64,000 nucleotides of DNA from the human T2T-CHM13v2.0 reference genome, Homo sapiens (GCF_009914755.1 NC_060942.1), one strand, 5' to 3'; shown: positions 39,562-55,425, counted from the first letter of the stretch. Numbers and translations are program-made. The notes: a model not told the origin generated them from the letters alone.

Positions 39562-40332
39562 TGAGGGCACCTCACAAGAAATGGTGAAGGGAGTTCCTCA
39601 AGTTGAAATAAAGGGATGCTAAATAACAACATAAGAACACATGAAAGTATAAAACTCATTGCAAAGTTAAGAAATTAGTCAAATTCAGAACAGTCTAAGA
39701 CTGTAATGATGGTATGTAAATCACTTTTAAACCTAGTATGAGTTAAAAGATAAAAGTATTAAAAATAACTATAGCTACAATAATTTGTTAATGAATAAAC
39801 AATGTATAAAGGATGTATATTGCCACATTGGTAACACAAAATGTGGGGAGTGAGAGAAGTCAAAGTGTAGAGATTTTGTATGCAGTTAAAGTTAAGCTGT
39901 TATCAGCTTAAAGTAGACTATTTAAATTATAAGATGTTTTATGTAAACCTTGTGGTAAGCACAAAGAAAAAACTTATAGTAGGTACACAAAAAATAAAGA
40001 GAAAATAATCAAAACATACCACTACAAAAAATCATCACATCACAAAGGAAGGCAGCAAGAGAGGAAGAAAGAAACAAAGGAACTACAAAAGTCAGCAATT
40101 AACAAACAATTAATAAGATGGCAGTAGTATGTCCCGACTTAAAAATAATTACTTTACATGTAAATGGATTAAAATACTAATCAAAAGACATAGAGTGGAT
40201 GAATTGATAAAAATAAGAAAAATCCAACTGTATGCTGCTTACAAGAGACTCACATGAGCTTTAAGAACAAATAGGCTGAAAGTGATGGAATGGGCCAGGT
40301 GAGTTGGCTCACGCCTGTAATCCCAGCATTTT

Positions 40333-40440
40333 GGGAGGGCCAAGGTCAGGGGATTGTTTAAGCTCAGGAGTTTGAGACCAGCCTGGGCAACAAAGAAAGA
40401 CTCCCATCTCTACAAAATAATTTTTAAATAAATATTTTAA
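40333..40440 (+). mobile_element. FLAM / Alu left monomer
   Basis: single left arm ending ctctacaaaataa. Confidence 0.85.
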
Positions 40441-41123
40441 AAAGGAAAGTGAAAGGATAGAGAAAAATATTCCATGTAAATTGTAAACAAAAGAGAGTGG
40501 AGGTGGCTGTGCTTATAGTAGACAAAATAAACCTTAAGTCAAAAACAGTCACAAGGGACAAAGAAGGTCATTATCTAATAATAATGGGGTGAATTCATAA
40601 GTAGGATATGAAAATTGTAAACATATATACATCCAACATTAGAGCATATAAATATATAATACAAATGTTAACATAGCTGAAGGAAGAAATGACAATACAA
40701 TAATAGTAGGGACTTCAGTACCCAATTTTCAACAATGGAGAGACCAACCAGACAGAAAATGAATAAGGAAACATTTGATTTTAACAATATGTTAAATCAA
40801 ATGGGTCCTAACAGTCATATACAGAACATTTCATTCAACAGCAGCAGAGTACAAATTCTTCTCAAGTACACATGGAACATTCTTCAGGATAGATCAAGTG
40901 TTAGATGAAAAAAATCAATCTTAACAAATTTAAGATGATTGAAATTATATCAAGTATCTTTTCTGAACACAATGATCTGAAACTAGAATCAATAACAGGA
41001 GAAAAATTAAAAAATTCACAAATATGTGTACATTAAACGACACACTCCAAAACAACCAATAAGACAAAGAAAAAAATCAAAAAGGAAATCAAAAATTACC
41101 ATGAAACAAATGAAAATGGAACA

Positions 41124-44100
41124 GTAGAGGAGTTGGATAAAGATGGAAGATAGGAGGCAGGACTAGCTTGCAGCTCCTGCTCAAACAGACAGAACAGCAT
41201 GTGGAGACTCACATCACGAACTTTTGCTCCAAGAACTACCACAGGAGCATACCAGGAAAGCTGAGAGAATCTACAGACCCTTTGAAGGAAATGGATTGTG
41301 GCTGCAGGCTCCCTGAGATGCAAAAAAACTGAGAGTCTGCTTGCTTTCTCAGTGGAGAGGCTGGTGGTCTGGGACAAGTTCTCAGCCCAGGTCATCGGCT
41401 GCCTGGAAATAGACTCAGGGCTATTGTGGGGGCATGGTGGGAGTGAGATCAGCCATTAGGACTGCAGGCTACATGGGAGCAAGATAAAGTCTATGACTGC
41501 CAGCTTTCCCCCACTTCACTGGTGATCCCTACAACTCAGCAGAGGCTGCCATAATCCCCCTGGGAACATAACATAACTCCATTGGAATGGGAACTACACC
41601 CCCACCCCCGACAGCAGCCACAGCAAGCCCTGCCCAGGGAGAGTCTGAGCTCAGACATACCTATCCATGCCCCCACCTGGCTGTCTTTCTCTACCCGCTC
41701 TGGTTGCCAAAGACAAAGTACATAATCTCTTGGGAGCTCTATGGCCCTGCCCACCGCCTGAGAAATCTGAATACTTAACCTGGTGTCCCTAGGGCAAGTT
41801 TGCATCCTCCCTATAGGACCGCAGCTGATGCACTCTTGAAAGCACCACCTCCTGGCTGGAGGCCCACCAACACAAAACCAGCACACTAAACAAAAATACA
41901 ACCAAGGACCTTAACAGATTCCACTTCACTCCCCTGCTACCTCCACCAGAGCAGGTGCTGGTATCCACCACTGAAAGATCTGAAGATGAATCACATCACA
42001 GGAGTCTTTGCAGACACTCCCCAGTACCAGCCCAGAACCTGGTAACTCCATTAGGTGGCTAGACCCAGAAGAACAAAAACAATCACTGCAGTTTGACTCT
42101 CAGGAAGCCCCATCTCTAGGGGAAAAGGGAGAACACCATATCAACGGAGCACCCCTGAACAGCAGCCTTTGAGTCTCAGATCTTCCCTCTAACATAATCT
42201 ACCCAAATGAGAAGGAAACAGAAAAACAATTCTAGTAATATGACAAGACAAGATTCTTTAACACCCCCAAAAGATCACACCAGCTCCTCAGCAATGGATC
42301 CAAACCAGAAGAAGAAATCTCTGAATTGCCCAAAATATCACACCAACTCATCAGTAATGGATCCAAACAAGAAGAAATCTCTGAAATGCCAGAAAAGGAA
42401 TTTAAAAGGTCAGTTATTAGGCTAATCATGGAAGCACCAGAGAAAGGTGAAGTCCAACTTAAAGAAATCAAAAACATTATACAAGTTATGACAGGGAAAA
42501 TCTTCAGTTAAATAGATAGCATAAATAAAAAACACAACTTCTGGAAATCAAGAACACACTTACAGAAGTGCAAATGCACTGCAAAGTCTCAGCAATAGAA
42601 TCAAACAAGCAGAAGAAAGAATTGCAGAGCTTGAAGACAAGGCTTTCAAATTAACCCAACCCATCAAAGACAAAGAAAAAAGAATTTAAAAAAAATGAAC
42701 AAGATCTCCAAGAAGTCTGGGACTATGTTAAATGTCCAAACCTAAGAATAATTGGTGTTCCTGAGGAAGAAGAGAAATCTAAAAGTTTGGAAAACATATT
42801 TGAGGGAATAATTGAGGAAAACTTCCCTAGCTTTGCTAGAGATCTACACATTCAAATACAAGCAGCTCAAAGAACACCTGGACAATTCATCACAAAAAGA
42901 TCATCACCTAGGCACATAGTCATCAGGTTATCTAAAGTCAAAACAAAGGAAAGAATCTTAAGAGCTGTGAGGCAAAAGCATCAGATAACCTACAAAGGAA
43001 AACGTATCAGAGTAATATGAGATTTCTCAGCAGAAACTCTAGAAGCTAGAAGAGATTGGGGTCATATTTTTAGCCTCCTTAAACAAAACAATTATCAGCG
43101 AAGAATTTTGTATCCAGTGAAACTAAGCTTCATAAATGAAGGAAAGACACAGTCTTCCAGACAAACAAATGCTGAGAAAATTTCCCAGTACCAAGCCAGT
43201 ACTACAACAATTGCTAAGAGGAGCTCTAAATCTTAAAACCAATCCTCAAAATACAACAAAATAGAGCCACTTAAAGCATAAATCTCACAGGACCTATCTA
43301 ACAATAACACAATGAAAAAAAGAACAATAAGGTATTCAGGCGACAAATAGCACAATGAATAGAATAGCACCTCACATCTCAATACTAACATTGAATGTAA
43401 ATGGCCTAAATGCTCCACTTAAAAGACACAGAATGGCAGAATGGATAAGAATTCACCAACGAACTTTCTGCTGTCTTCAGGAGACTCACCTAACACATAA
43501 GGACTCACATAAACTTAAGGTAAAGGGGTGAAAAAATCCATGAAGATGGACACAAAAAGTGAGCAGAAGTAGCTATTCTTATATCAGGCAAAGCAATCTT
43601 TAAGGCAACAGCAGTTTAAAAAGATGAAGAGGGATATTATGTAATGATAAAAGGACTTGTGCAACAGGAAAATACCACAACCCTAAATATATATGCACCT
43701 AACACTGGAGCTCCCACATTTATAAAACAAATACTACTAAACCTAAGAAATTAAACAGCAACACAACAATAGCAGGGGAACTTAATACTCCACTGATAGC
43801 AGTAGACAGGTCATCAAGACAGAAAGTCAACAAAGAAACAACAAACTTAAACTATACCCAACAATAAATGGACTTTACAGATATTTACAGAACATTGTAC
43901 CCAACAACTGCAGAATACACATTCTGTTCATCAGCCATGAAACATTCTCCAAGATAGACCATGTGAAAGGCCACAAAAAAGTCTCGGTAAATTTAAGAAA
44001 ATCGAAATTATATCAAGTACTCTCTCAGACCACAGCAGAATAAAACTGGAAACAACTCCAAAAGGAACCCTCAAAACCATGCAAATACATGGAAACTAAA

Positions 44101-47015
44101 TAACCTGCTCCTGAATGATCATTGGGTCAACAATGAAATCAAGATGGAAATTAACAAATTCTTTGAGCCGAATGATAATAGTGACACAACCTATCAAAAC
44201 CTCTGAGATACAGCAAAAGCAGTGCTAAGAGGAAAGTTCATAGCATTAAATGCCTACATCAAAAAGTCTGAAAGAGCACAACTAGACAATCTAATGTCTA
44301 GTTGGACATTAGACATTAGAAGCCTCATGGAACTGGAGAAATGAGAACAGTCCAAACCCAAACCCAGTAGAAGAAAAGAAATAACAAAGATCAGAGCAAA
44401 ACTAAATGAAATTGAAACAAAAATATACAAAAGATAAATTAAACAAAAAGCTGGTTCTTTGAAAAGATAAATAAAATTGATAGACCATTGGCAAGATTAA
44501 CCAAGAAAAGAAGAGAGAAGATACAAATAAGCCAATCAGAAATGAAATGGGAGATATCACTACTGATACCACAGAAATACAAAAGATTATTCAAGTCTAC
44601 TATAAACATCTTTATGTGCATAAATTAGAAAAACTGGAAAAGATGGATAAATTCCTAGAAATATACAACCATCCTAGATTAAACCAGGAAGATATAGAGT
44701 CTCTGAACAGACCAATAACAAGCAGAGAGACTGAAATGGTCGTAAAAAAAAAAAATGCCACCAAAAAAGTCCAGGACCAGATAGATTCATGGCTGAATTC
44801 TTTCAGACATTCAAAGAAGAATTGGTACCAATCCTACTGACACTATTCCAAAAGGTAGAGAAAGAGGGAATCCTCCCTAAATAATTCTATGAAGTCAGTA
44901 TTACCTTAATACCAAAACCGGTGAATGATATAACAAAAACAGAAAACTACAGACCAATATCCTTGATGAACAAAGATGCAAAAATCCTTAACAAAATACT
45001 AACAAACTGAATCCAACAGTACATCAAAAAGATAATCTACCACGATCAAGTGGGTTTCATACCAGGGATGCAGGATGGTTTAACATATGTAAGTCAATAA
45101 ATATGATACACTACCTAAGCAGAATTGAAAACAAAAATTACATGATCATCTCATTAGATACAGAAAAAGCATTTGACAAAATCCAGCATCCCTCTATGAT
45201 GAAAACCCTCAACAAAATCTGCATAGAAGGGACATACCTTAATGTAATAAAAGCCATTTATGACAAACCTACAGCCAACGTTATACTGAATGGGGAAAAG
45301 TTGAAAGCATTCCCCCTGAGAACTGGAACAAGACAAGGATGCCTGCTTTCACCACTTTTATTCAACATAGTACTGGAAGTCTTAGCCAGAGCAATCAGAC
45401 AAAAGAAATAAAGGCATCCAAATCAGTAAAAAGGAAGTCAAACTGTCGCTATTTGCTGATGATATGATTGTATATCCAGAAAAATCCTAAAGACTCATCC
45501 AAGAAGCTCCTATAACTGATACATGAATTCATCAAAGTTTCAGGATACAAAATTAATGTACACAAATCAGTAGCTCTGCTATACACCAACAGTGACCAAG
45601 ATGAGAATCAAATCAAGAACTCAACCACTTTTACGATAGCTTCCAAAAAATATAAAATACTTTGGCACATACCTACCCACAAGGTGAAAGATCTCTACAA
45701 GGAAAACTACAAAACAGTGCTGAAGGAAATCATAGATGACACAAACAAATGGAAACACATCCCATGCTCATGGATGGGTAGAATCAATATTGTGAAAATG
45801 ACCATACTGCCAAACGCAATCTACAAATTCAATGCAATTCCCATTAAAATACCACCATCACTCTTCACATAACTAGAAAAGACAATCCTAAAATTCATAT
45901 GAAACCCAAAAAGAGCCCACATAACCAAAGCAAGACTAAGCAAAAGAACAAATCTGGAGGCATCTCATTACCTGACTTCAAATATACTATAAGGCCATAG
46001 TTACCAAAACAGAAGGGTAGTCATAAAAAATAGGCACATAGATCAATGGAACGGAATAGAGAACCCAGAAATAAAGCCAAATACAGCCAACTGATCTTTG
46101 AGAAGCGAACAAAAACTTAAGTGGGGAAAGGACACTCTATTCAACAAATGGTGCTGGGATAATTGGCAAGCCATATGTAGAAAAATAAAACTGGATCCCC
46201 ATTTCTCACCTTATACTAAAATCAACTCAAAATGGATCAAGGACTTAAGTATAAGAACCGAAACCATAAAAATTCTAGAACATAACATTGGTGAAACCCT
46301 ACTAGACATTGGTTTAGGCAAAGACTTCATGACCAATAACCCAAAAGCAAATGTGACAAAAACAAAGATAAATAGATGGGACATAATTAAACTAAAAAGC
46401 TTCTGCACAGAAAAAGAAATAATCAGCAGAGTTTACAGACCACCCACAGAGTGGGAGAAAATCTTCACAATCTAAACATCTGACACAGGACTAATATCCA
46501 GAATCTACAAAGAACTCAAACAAGTCATCAAGAAAAAAACAATCCCATCAAAAAATGGGCTAAGGACATGAATAGACAATTCTCAAAAGAAGATATAGAA
46601 ATGACCAACAAGCATATAGAAAAATGCTCAGCATCACTAATCATCAGGGAAATGCAAATCAAAACCATAATGGGATACTACCTTACTCCTGCAAGAATGG
46701 CCATAATCAAAAAATTTAAAAAAAAATAGATGCTGGTGTGGATGTGGTGAAAAGGGAACACGTTTACACTGTTGGTGGGAATGTAAACGAGTACAACCGC
46801 TATGGAAAAGAGTGTGGAGATTCCTTAAAAAACTAAAAGTATATCTACCATTTGATCCAGCAATCCCACTACTAGGTATCTACCCAGAAGAAAAGAAGAC
46901 ATTATACTTGCACATGCAGGTTTATAGCAGCACAATTTCAAATTACAAAAATATGGAACCAGTCCAAACGCGCCTCAGTCAAGAAGCGTATAAAGGAAAT
47001 AAAGGAAATGTGAGA

Positions 47016-47052
<37 letters not shown>

Positions 47053-47420
47053 AATGGAATACTACTTGGCCATAAAAAGGAATGAAATAATGGCATTTGC
47101 AGTAGCCTGGGTGGAAATGGAGACTATTATTCTAAGTGAAATGACACAGGAATGAAAAAAAAAAACAAAGATTTTATGTTCACATTCATATGTGAGAGCT
47201 AAGGTACGCAGACACAAAGGCATAAGAATGATACAATGGACTCTGGAGACTCGGTGGAAAAGCTAGAGGTGGTAAGGGTTAAACGACTACACGCTGGGCA
47301 CACTGTACACTGCTTGGTGATGGGAGTACCAAAATCTCAGAAATCATCACTAAACTTATTCATGTAACCAAACATCACCTGTTCCCCAAAAACCTATTGA
47401 AATAAAAAAATAAATTTTAA
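41124..47420 (+). mobile_element. full-length, inactive L1PB (~6.3 kb)
   Basis: L1PBa-type 5' UTR, ORF1 and ORF2 remnants (FADDM at ~45452), L1PB 3' UTR; TSD aaaa(t/g)ggaaca at 41113-41123 and 47421-47431; many stops and frameshifts. Confidence 0.92.
47016..47051. repeat. (TG)n microsatellite
   Basis: seen directly in the L1PB 3' region. Confidence 0.95.
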
Positions 47421-50400
47421 AAAAGGGAACATACTAAACTTATGGGATACAGCAAAATCAGTTCTAAGAGAGAAGCTAGACAAATGCCCAAATTAAGAAA
47501 AAGAAAGATCACAAATAAACAACCTATATTTATACCTCAGGAAATTAGAAAAATAATAAACTAAGCACAAAGTTAGCAGAAGAAAGGAAGCAATAAAGAT
47601 CAGAGCAGAAATAGAGACTAGAAAAACAATAGAAAAGATCAATGAAACTGAGTCATTTTTTAAAAAATAAAGGCAAAATTAACAAGCCTTTACTAGACTA
47701 AGATAAAAGACCACTCAAATTAATGAAATTTTAAATGAAAGAAAAGATTTTACAAATGATCCCACAGACTACAAATCATCATTAGAGACCACTACAAACA
47801 ATTGTATGCTAACAAATTGGATAACCTAGAAGAAATGAATAAATTCCTAGAAGCATACAACCTACCAAGTCCGAATCATGAAGAAAGAAAAAATATGTAG
47901 AGATCAATATCAAGTAAAGAGATTGAATGAGTAATAAAATCCCACCAACAAAATAAAGTCCAGGACCTGATTGCTTCACTGGTGAATTCTAACAAGCATT
48001 TAAAGAATTAATACTAATCCTTCTCAAACTCTTTCAAAACAGTGAAAGATGAGGTAATACTTACAAACTGATTTAATGAGGCCAGCGTTACCCCGATACA
48101 AAAGGCAGATAAGGACACTAAAAGAAAAGAGAATTACAGTCCAATATGTCTGATGCACATAGATGGGAGAACTCTTAAAAAATTACTAGCAAGCTGAAAT
48201 CAAAAGTACATTTATGGATCATTCACCATGATCAAGTGGGCTTTATCCCTGTGATGGAAAGTTTAAACACACAAATTCGTAAATGTGATACAACACATTA
48301 ACAGAATGAAGTACAAAAACAGTATGATCATCTCAATAGATGCAGAAAAAAATATTTGACAAAATTCAACATCCTTTTATGATATTAAAAAATCTTTCAA
48401 CACATTAATTGTCGAAGAAATGTACCTCAACATAATAAAGGCCATAAATGACAAGCCCACAGCTAATATCATATTCAATAGTGAAAAACTGAAAGCTTTT
48501 CCTCTAAGATAAGGAAAAAGACAAGGATGTTCACTCTTGTAACTTCAATTCAACATAGTTCTAAAAGTCCTGGCCAGAGGAACAAGGCAAGAGAAGGAAA
48601 TAAGGGGTAACCAAATAAAGGAAGAACTGAAATTGCTATTTGCAGATGACATGATCTTACATATTAAAAAAACTCTAAATACGCCACCAAAAACTTATTA
48701 GTTTATTAGTTAGAACTAATAAATTCAATAAAGTTTCAGGATATAAAATCAGCATACAAAAACAGTTATGTTTCTATACACTAACAAATAACTACTTGAA
48801 AAGAAAATTAAAAAACAATGCTGTTTACAATAGCATCCAAAAATACTTTGAAATAAATTTAACCAATGAGATGAAAATTCTGTATAATAAAAACTATAAA
48901 ACTTTGATAAAAGAGATTGAAGAATACACAAACAAATGGAAAAATGTCTTGTGTCTATGGATTGGAAGAATTGATATTAAAATGTCCACACTATTCAAAA
49001 CAAACTACAGATTCAGTGCAATCTTTATCAAAATTCCAATGGCAGTTTTCACAGAAATGGAAAAAAAAATTCTAAAATTTGTGTAGAACCACAAAGACCC
49101 TGAATAGCTAAAGAAATCTTGAGTAAAAAGAACGAAGCCAGAGGCATCACACTACCTGATTTCAAAATATACTGCAAAGCTATAGTAAATAAAACAAAGC
49201 TATAATACTGGAATAAAAACAGGCATATAAACCAGAGGAATAGAATAGAGAGCCCAGAAATAAATTCACACATTTACAATCAATTGATGTTTGACAAAAG
49301 TACCAAGAGTACACACTGGGGAAAGGACAATTGCCTTGATAAATAGGGCTGGAATATAGAATAACCACAGGCAGAAGAAGGAAATTGGACCCTTATTTCA
49401 CACCATATACAAACACCAACTCAAACTGGATTAATGACTTAAAAGTAAGACCCGAAACTGTAAAACTACAAGAAAAACATAGGAAAAAGCTTATTGACAT
49501 TGGTCTGGCTGATAATTTTTTGGATAGAATCCTAAAATCATACATGACAAAAGCAAAAATATATAAATGAAATTCTATTGAAGACAAGCTTCTACACAGC
49601 AGAGAAAATAATCAACAGATTGAAGAGGCAATGGGAAAAAAATGTGCAAACCACACATCTGATAAGAGGTTAATATAAAAAAGATGTAAGGAACTCAAAC
49701 AACTCACAAGCAAGAAAATAAATAACTCAATTTATAAATTGGCAATGGACCTAAATAGACATTTCTCAAAAGACGACATACAAATGTCCAATAGGTACAT
49801 GAAAAGAAGCTCAGCATCACTAATCATGAGGAAAATGCAAACCAAAATCCCAAGGTGGTATCACTTCACACCTGTTAGAAAGGTAGTTATCAAAAAGACA
49901 GGAGATAATGAGTGTTGAAAAGTGGAGAAAAGGGAATCCTTGTATGTTGTTGACAGTGATGTAAACTGGTACAGTTACTATAAAAAAAAGTAGAAGCTCA
50001 TCAGAAAATTAAAAATAGAATTACCATGTGATCCAGCAAAGTCACTCTGAGATATATCCAAAGGAAATAAAACAAGTATCTTGGAGAGACATCTGCACTC
50101 CCCTGGACATTGCAAAAGTATTCGCAATAATGAAGATACAGAATCAACCTAAGTGCCCATCAATGAATGAATGGATAAAGACATGTAGACACACACACAC
50201 ACACATATATATACACACACACACACACAAATGAGTATCATTTATCCTTTAAAAGGAAGCAAATCTTGTCATTTGCAACAATACTAATGCACCTGGAGGA
50301 TACTGAGCTAATTGAAATAAGCCAGGCACAGAAAGACAAATATTGCATGATCTTTATATGTGAAATCTAAATTCGTCAAACTCATAGAAGCAGAAAGGAG

Positions 50401-52947
50401 AGTGGTGGTTGCTGGGGGGAATGAATGGTAGGGACAATAGAGAGATGTTTGCCACAAGATACAAAGTTTCAATAGGCAGGATGAATAAACTCTGGAGATC
50501 TTATGTATGGCATAGTGACTGTAGCTAATAACGTTTTGTTTTATACTTGAAATTTGCTAAAAGTGTAGAACTTAAAAATTCTCACCACCAAAAAACAAAA
50601 AACAACAAACAACACTGCTACATGAAGGAATGAATCTGTTAGTTAACTTAATTGTGGTAATATCCAGTATGTACACTTATATAAAAATATCACATTGTAT
50701 ATTACAAACATATACATTTTTATTGTCAATTATACCTCAATAAAGCTGGAAAATAAAATAAAATAACAACTGAAAAAGCTAGAAAATAACTAATAAAATT
50801 AAAAGCAGAAAATAGAGAAAATTGATGCATCCAAAACCTGGTTCTTGGGAAAGATGAAGAGAACTGATTCACTTCTAACATAGCCAACCAAAATAAACAA
50901 ACAAAACCACAAATCACTAATATCAGAAATGAAAGAGGGGTCATTTCTACTGATATCATGGACATTAAGAGGATAATTAAGGCATACTGTGTACAACTCT
51001 TTACTCACAAATTTGATAACAGAGACTAAACAAAATAAGACTCAAAATACCAAAACCCACACATAGAGAAATAGACAATCTGAATAGGCCTATATCTAGA
51101 AAATATACTGATTCAACAATTAACTAGCTCTCGAAAAATAAAGTACAAGGCCCCTATGGTTTCACAGGTGATTTCTACCAAATATTTAAAAAAGAAATAC
51201 TATCAATTCTTTATAATTTGTTCCAGAAAATGGAAGTAGAGTGAACACTTACTAACAGATTACTTAAGGCCAGGATTACCTTAATACCAAAATCAGATAA
51301 AGACATTACAAAAAAGGAAAGGAAAACTACAGACCAATATCTCTCATGAACATTGACACAAAAATCCTCCAAAAATATTAGCAAATTAAATGCAACAAAG
51401 CATTAAAAAAATTATCCACACTTTGAACTAAGTTGGATTTTTTTCCAGATGTGCAAGAGTGGTTCAACCTTTGAGAATCAATTAATGTAACATACCACAT
51501 CAACAGGCTAAAGAAGATAAATCATATAGTCATATCAATTGATGAAAAAAAGAATTTGAAAAAATCTAACACTTATTCATGACAAAAACTTGAGCAAACT
51601 AGGAGTAAAAGGCAACTTCCTCAACTTGAACAATGTAATAGTTAGAAATGAGATACTTTCCTCCTAAAATTCGGAACATTGCAAGAATTTCCCCTTATCA
51701 TTCATGCTCAACAACACACTGAAGTTCCAGCTAATGCAAGAGAATAAAATAAAATAAAAGGAATAAACATTGATAATAAGAAATAAAATGTCTTTGTTTA
51801 CATATGATATGATTATCTATGTGGAAAATCCCAAAGAATTGACAAATATACTCTTAGTACTAATAAGTATTAATAAGCAATTATAGCAAGATTGCAAAAT
51901 ATAAGGTTAATATATGTTTATCACTTTCATATATGCCAACAATAAACAATTGGAATTTGAAGTTAAAACATAATACTATGTAGGTTAGCATACAAAAAAT
52001 GAAATAGGTATAAACCTAACAAAATATGTATAGAATCTATGTAAGCTATAATACTTTGATGAAGAAATCAAAATGATCTAAAGAAACTGAGAGAGACTCC
52101 ATGTCCATGAATAGACTCAATATGATCAAATTTTCAGTTTTCACCTGTTAATCCACAGATTCATGGCAATCTTAATCAATACCTTTGCAGAATTTCTTGT
52201 ATATACCAGCAAATTTATCCTAAAATTTACATGGAAAGTTAAAAAAAACAGTTTAGCAAAAATATTTTGCAAAAAAAGATGAATTACATATATGATCTCA
52301 TTTCAAGTCTTAGTTTAATGTAATAATGATCAAGGCAATGAAATAAAAATCCCAAAAATAGATGCACACCTTATGGCCAACTGATTTTTGACAAAGGTGA
52401 AAAGGAAAGTCAATGGTGAAAGAACAGTAGTTCTACAAATGGTGTTAAAATAGATCTACATAAATATCACACTTCATATAAAAATTAGCTTGAATTATAG
52501 GCCTAATTGTAAAATGTCAATTTTTTAAATTTTAGAAGAAAATATGAGAAAATCTTTGTGACCTTAAGTGAGCCAAAAATTTCTTAGATTCAATACCTTA
52601 AAAACCAGCCAGAAGAGAAAAAAATAATTGCACTTAAAATTAACAATACTTTTAAGAGAATGAAAAGAGAAAACATAACCTGGAAAGAAAATCCTTGCAA
52701 ATTTCATATCTTACAAAGGTATTGGATCCCAAATATAAAAATGTATAAATAAATCTCAGAACTCAGTAAGAAATTATCTAATAAAAAATGTTAATAGGCA
52801 CTTCATCAATGAAGATATATGAATGAAAAATAAGTACATTAATAGATGCTCAACATCATTAGTTACTAGGGAATGCAAAATAAAACTAGAATGAGATAGT
52901 ATAAACTTTCAGAGTAGCTATTCAAAAGAAAAATGACAATATTGAAC

Positions 52948-53589
52948 TGTAATAACAGAAAGGTCTGATATCTTTTCTTCCCATTATAAGGGTCACAGCT
53001 GACAGTTCTATTTAAAAAAAGACAGGTTAAGAAGAAAAAAAATAACATTTAACCAAAGTTCTTCATGACATAGGAGCCTTCAGAATGAAGACCCAAATAC
53101 CCAAGGGAAAACCGTCCACTTGTATGCTTAGATATGATGAAGAGTGGACAGCCATGCAGAAATGTGATTAGACAAAAAAAAAAAAAAAAGATAATCTTAA
53201 CAATAAACTGAGTGGGAAAAACAGCAAGGCCTGTCTGTTGGGATTCTTCTTAGCCTGTCTATGTGACATTCATTTTTCTCATCTCTATAATGAGGGTCTT
53301 ATGCTCTACTACTGGACAAGGTCAGAGAATTTATCTGTAGCCAGTTCCTAGACAGAAAGGTGGGGAAAGGTTAGAATAATATTTCTAGGTTTCACAGCTT
53401 GCTCTGAGGGAGAGGGGCTCTGGTTACTATAATCTGCCTTGAAGAAAGGCAATTCTAGTTTCTATGGCCTGCCTCAAGGGAGAATGAGGGATGAGAGACA
53501 GAAGGATAGGAGAAGGCCACAGAGAAACTTTGCTTGTGTGGCTGGTTCTGAGGACTTCACTTTAGGGTGTTCTTTTCTGAACCCCAACA
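52948..53589 (-). mobile_element. MER31-like ERV1 LTR
   Basis: reverse complement starts tgttggggttcagaaaa. Confidence 0.7.
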
Positions 53590-54212
53590 AAGTGCTTGTG
53601 AGGATGCAGAGTAATTTAGGCCTTTCACACATTACCAATAATGCAAAATGGTACAGACGCTATGAAAAGCAGTTGCACTGTTTCATATAAAGTTAAATAC
53701 ACAGTCATCATATGACCTACCAATTTCACTCCTAGGTTTTTATGTAGAAATATGAAAACTTATGATCATAAAGATTTGTATGTGAATGTTTATAGCAGCT
53801 TTATTCATAACTGCCCCAAACTGAAAACAATCCAAATATACCTGAACTGGGGAGTGGAAAAACAATTGGCTGTACGTCCATAAAATGGAATACTAGCTAG
53901 CAATAAAAAGAAGCAAACTATTGAAATATGCAACAGCATGAATCAATCTAAAATGCATTGTGCTGAGTAAAAGAAGGCCGACTAATAAATATCACTAATC
54001 TTCAGGGAAATAAAAATTAAAACCACAATAAAAAACACAATACCTTCATGAGTATGTTTAAAATTCGTACAAGACTGACACCACCAAGTGTCAATAAAGA
54101 TGTGGAAAATGTGGAATTCTTATACATTCCTGGTGGGAATTAAAATTATACAACCTTTTTGGAGAATTGTTTGGCAATTTCTTACAAAGTTTCATATACA
54201 CCTACTCTATGA

Positions 54213-54523
<311 letters not shown>

Positions 54524-54745
54524 AGCATTTTCACTTTGAGGAATTTATCTAAGTGAAATCAACATGTGCTCACAAAAAGACCCTAATGTGAATGTTCATA
54601 GCAACTTTATTCAAAATAGCCAAAATCTAGAAACAACGCAAAGGTCAACAACAGAAAAAATAAATGAATTGTGGTACATTCAAAAAATGAAAAACTACCT
54701 AACAATATAAAGAAATGAACTGTTCATGCATGCAACGCCTACGAA

Positions 54746-55425
54746 TGTAACTGCCTGACAGGTTCACCTTGACAGCTGCCTAGATAGAGCCCATTTGTCA
54801 AAGCAGTAGAATTGCAATAGAGAAAGAGTAATTCACTCAGTGCTGGCTGTACTGGAGACTGGAGTTTTATTATTACTCAAATTAGTCTCCCTGAGCATTC
54901 AGGGATCAGAGTTTTTAAGGATAATTTGGTGGGTTGGGGGGAGTTAGTAAGTCAGGAGTGCTGATTGGTTGGGTGGGAGATGAAATCATAGGGAGTCAAA
55001 GCTGTCTTGTTGTGCTCAGTTCCTGGGTGTGGGCCACAAGATTCAGTTTATCTACCTAGGTGGTACCAGTTGATCCATCAAGTGCAGGATCTGCAGACTA
55101 CCTCAAGTACTGATCTTAGGCTTTACAATAGTAACGTTATCCCCAGCAGAGATTTGGGGAGGCTCAGAATCTTGTAGCCTCCAGCTGCATGACTCCTAAA
55201 CCACAATTTCTCATCTTTTGGCTAATTTGTTAGTCCTACAAAAGCAGTCTAGTCTTCAGGCAAGAAGGAAGTTTGTTTTAAACTATAAACTAGGTTCCTC
55301 CCAAAGTTAGTTCAGCCTACTCCCAGGAATGAACAAGGACAGCTTTGGAGGTTAGAAGCAAGATGGAGTCAGTGAGGTAAGATCTCTTTCACTGTTGCAG
55401 TTAAAATTTTGCACTAGTGTTTTCA
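54746..55425 (-). mobile_element. LTR8 (ERV1) solo LTR
   Basis: tgtaactgcctgacaggttcaccttg ... tttca; TSD CGAA at 54742-54745 and 55426-55429. Confidence 0.88.

Larger units (their letters stand above)
39562..50765 (+). mobile_element. L1MA element (39562-41123 and 47421-50765) split by L1PB
   Basis: collinear ORF2 across the L1PB insertion; L1MA-type 3' end tcaattatacctcaataaagctgg with A-rich tail. Confidence 0.85.

Noticed and set aside
42207-46900. L1 ORF1/ORF2 peptides as active retrotransposon genes
   Set aside because: Fragmented by many stops and frameshifts; inactive L1PB
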